A stretch of DNA of 64,000 nucleotides from Cyanophora paradoxa CCMP329 (Eukaryota > Plantae > Glaucophyta). Where the stretch lies: positions 62,001-126,000 of the forward strand of contig QPMI01000572.1 in NCBI GenBank assembly GCA_004431415.1. The letters run 5' to 3'. Under the pieces are notes generated by a model, which did not search any database, was not told the origin of the DNA, and saw nothing but the letters and a program-made list of their open reading frames with translations. A program made the position numbers and the translations under genes. Positions 62,001-64,000 of this stretch are shown piece by piece (within the stretch, counting starts at the first letter, position 1; every line of letters starts with the position of its first letter).

Positions 62001-62828
62001 GCCCTCCTCCGGCGCGCCCTCTCCGTCGTGCCCCTCGACCCGCGCCCCGCCGGCCCCGACGCCGCCATGCGCTTCCAGGTCCCCGCGCCCCCGCCCTTCG
62101 CTTGCTATCCTCGGCTCAGAGGGCGGCGCGCGCGCTCTCGCAGGTGGTCTTCGAGCCGCTGAAGGCGCTGAAGGCGAGCGCGGAGCTGGTCGTGGCGAAG
62201 GCGAGCGGCGGCCGCTGGCGCTTCGAGCTCGCCCTCGAGGCGACGGCCCCCGACGTGGACGACGTGATCGTCATCGAGGGGGCCCTCGGCAAGCGCGCCA
62301 GCGTCTCCTTCCGCCTCACCAACACCCTCGCCGCCGCCGCCCCCTTCGTCGCCTCGTTCACCCCCGAGTCCCCCGCCGAGTTCTCGGTCTCGCCGGCGCG
62401 GGGCACGCTCGAGCCGCGGGGCGGAGCCGGCACGCCCTTCGTCGTCACCTTCGCGGCGACCGAGTACGGGAAGCCGCTCGTCGGGCGCCTCGTCATCGAG
62501 ACGGAGGAGATGGCGTGGAGCTACGAGGTCCGCGGCACGCACCCCGGTGAGCCCGCCTCGCCTGCTGCGTCTCTCTGTTCTGTGGCTGGGCGGCTGACGC
62601 GCGCGCGCCCCGCCCCGCCCCGCAGCGTACCAGCCGCCGGCGGGGCAGGCGCGGGTAGACCGGACGCTGCCGGCGGACGTCGAGGCGCGGCTGCTCTCGC
62701 GCCCCGAGAAGCAGCGCAACTTCCTGCGGGAGAACCTCCAGCGGCCCCTCGGCCCCTCGACCTCCGCCCCCAAGGGCAAGGGCCCCGCCGGCCCCCCCGG
62801 CCCCGCCGCCACCCCCAGCAGGCGATAG
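50005..62828 (+). CDS. CFAP47: Cilia- and flagella-associated protein 47 (tandem ASH/PapD-like domains plus calponin-homology domain), 48 exons, about 3130 aa, one apparent frameshift
   Basis: 47 introns mapped by hand total 3424 nt and leave 9400 nt (3n+1), consistent with one indel near 58800-58910. Repeated 'FG.V.......V.L.N' ASH motifs, CH-like ESVLLRWLSLHH...RRVATFDEDLRDGTILAGVL, and LYLYNHLPQFVPK|TTIEF. TAG at 62826-62828. Confidence 0.85.
57691..57782. other. Structured lower-GC insert inside CFAP47 intron 32 (MITE-like or intronic ncRNA)
   Basis: Stem CGGTTAGAGTTGA / TTAACTCTACCG, inner hairpin TGCCC-GACA-GGGCA, and second hairpin CCTAAG-CCAC-CTTAGG. The host intron is 217 nt; all others are 48-115 nt. 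Confidence 0.55.
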
Positions 62829-63310
62829 CGCGCCGTGATGGAATTTCCCCGCGCGTGTTTAGAAGAGACTGCCTGGATGCTCAGCGGGACCCGAGGCCTT
62901 GCCTCGTGCGAGCATTCGCAGTGCGTCTACACCGAAGATAGTTACTGTGAGCAGAGCCTTGGGGTTCATGTGTGCCGAATCGAAGTCTCTCAGAGTCTGC
63001 ATTAGAAATCCTGTGCGCTGATTTTCACAATTCCAGTTTCCAGCAGGTATACGTATGATCATGATCATGAGGCCTCCTGCAGTTGCCTCACGGCTCGCTA
63101 TTGATCAGACAGGGTCTCCCTATGGCCAGCTGCACTGCGGCACGAGGGACTGTCAGCCTGGCAGGGGCCTGATGGGTTTCAATGGCATCGATCATCGGAT
63201 TTTAATAGGCTGAACAAAAGAAGTGGCCTCGAGCTCCGTGTAAATGACAAAAACATGGAATCTACAAGACTACATCCTGGGAAATGATACAAAAACCGCT
63301 CTGACGACCC

Positions 63311-63360
63311 CGGGAAACCGATGAACAAAACGCGACGGGAAACCGTTGAACAAAACGTGA
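63311..63360. repeat. 25-bp tandem direct repeat x2
   Basis: CGGGAAACCGATGAACAAAACGCGA / CGGGAAACCGTTGAACAAAACGTGA. Confidence 0.85.
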
Positions 63361-63739
63361 GAGGCCCTGCGGGGCTCAGTGGAGTTATTTGGGGGGAGTG
63401 GCCTACTTCGTCCTAAGGCCCAGAGGGGCCAGAAGTGCTGTACTGCTGCTGCGCTGGTCATGCTTTACGGCTGCTCGTCGGTCACAATTTTCAAACATGT
63501 TTGCCTAACTGCTGCTACCTTTCAGCCTCACATATTCAAAAAAGAGTGAGCGACATACATACTCGGAAGAGAGTGCGGAATGACAGTTGCCTTACTGGCT
63601 GCATATTCGAAAAAGAGTGCGGGAATGCATCCCAAAAAGCCTCTAACACTGAATGCATCTACGCTTCGTCCAGCGAAAACTCAAAAAAGAAGCGCTCACA
63701 GGCACAAGGTCCGCAAAGAAGGGGGCGCCGCAGCTGCCG

Positions 63740-64000
63740 CTACTCCGTGCCGGCGGGGAGGGCGGCGGGCCACGGGGCGTCGCCCAGGACCGTGACCTTG
63801 GACTCAGGGGAGGAGGTGCAGGCGGCCCAGGCCGAGAAGCGCCGCGGCGCCCGCCGCCGGGGCGCCTCCGCCCCCTCGCCCTCCCCCTCGGCCTCGCCCT
63901 CGGAGAGGACGGCCGAGGCGGGCGGGGAGTGGGGCGCGCGGGGGGCGCGGGGCGGGGCGTGCGGGAGGGCGCCGTGGCCCGCCCAGAGGCAGGCGGCGTG
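63740..64000 (-). CDS. Probable 3' end of a gene entering from the right edge
   Basis: 87 GC3-rich codons run from 64000 to and including the TAG at 63740-63742 (...SPESKVTVLGDAPWPAALPAGTE*). Confidence 0.4.
   Translation of the reverse strand, partial: HAACLWAGHGALPHAPPRAPRAPHSPPASAVLSEGEAEGEGEGAEAPRRRAPRRFSAWAACTSSPESKVTVLGDAPWPAALPAGTE

Noticed and set aside
33345-62828. A functional gene cluster or operon
   Set aside because: The genes have unrelated functions (ribosome biogenesis, iron storage, gluconeogenesis, axoneme) and mixed orientation, which is ordinary eukaryotic gene order.

Overview
This is eukaryotic nuclear DNA: GC-rich, dense in short (about 50-115 nt) spliceosomal introns, and from an organism that appears to be flagellated (it has CFAP47). 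The prokaryote-style ORF track is therefore mostly exon fragments and antisense shadows. The left half (1-30324, minus strand, running off the left edge) is one giant gene for a predicted secreted or surface protein. It has a signal peptide, Kelch repeats, a CUB domain and more Kelch repeats, followed by about 55 tandem Cys-containing beta-sandwich-like modules. About 43 of these come from a near-identical 794-bp tandem array (about 21.4 copies, 4451-21438). Each copy carries two introns and splices to exactly 648 nt (216 aa). After a repeat-rich intergenic block (about 30.9-33.1 kb) come RRP9/U3-55K (-), a VIT1/CCC1 iron transporter (+), a class I FBPase (-), an unknown multi-exon gene with a TPR-like C-terminus (+), two small minus-strand genes, a 48-exon CFAP47 (+) and the 3' end of another gene. 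Splicing signals are unusual: 18 of 47 hand-mapped CFAP47 introns are GC-AG, the donor consensus is about G[T/C][G/C]CGC, a polypyrimidine tract is usually absent, GTACCCC/GGGGTAC is pervasive, some introns have terminal inverted repeats, and one donor sits in the loop of a perfect 23-bp hairpin. Gene models were spliced by eye and no database searches were run.
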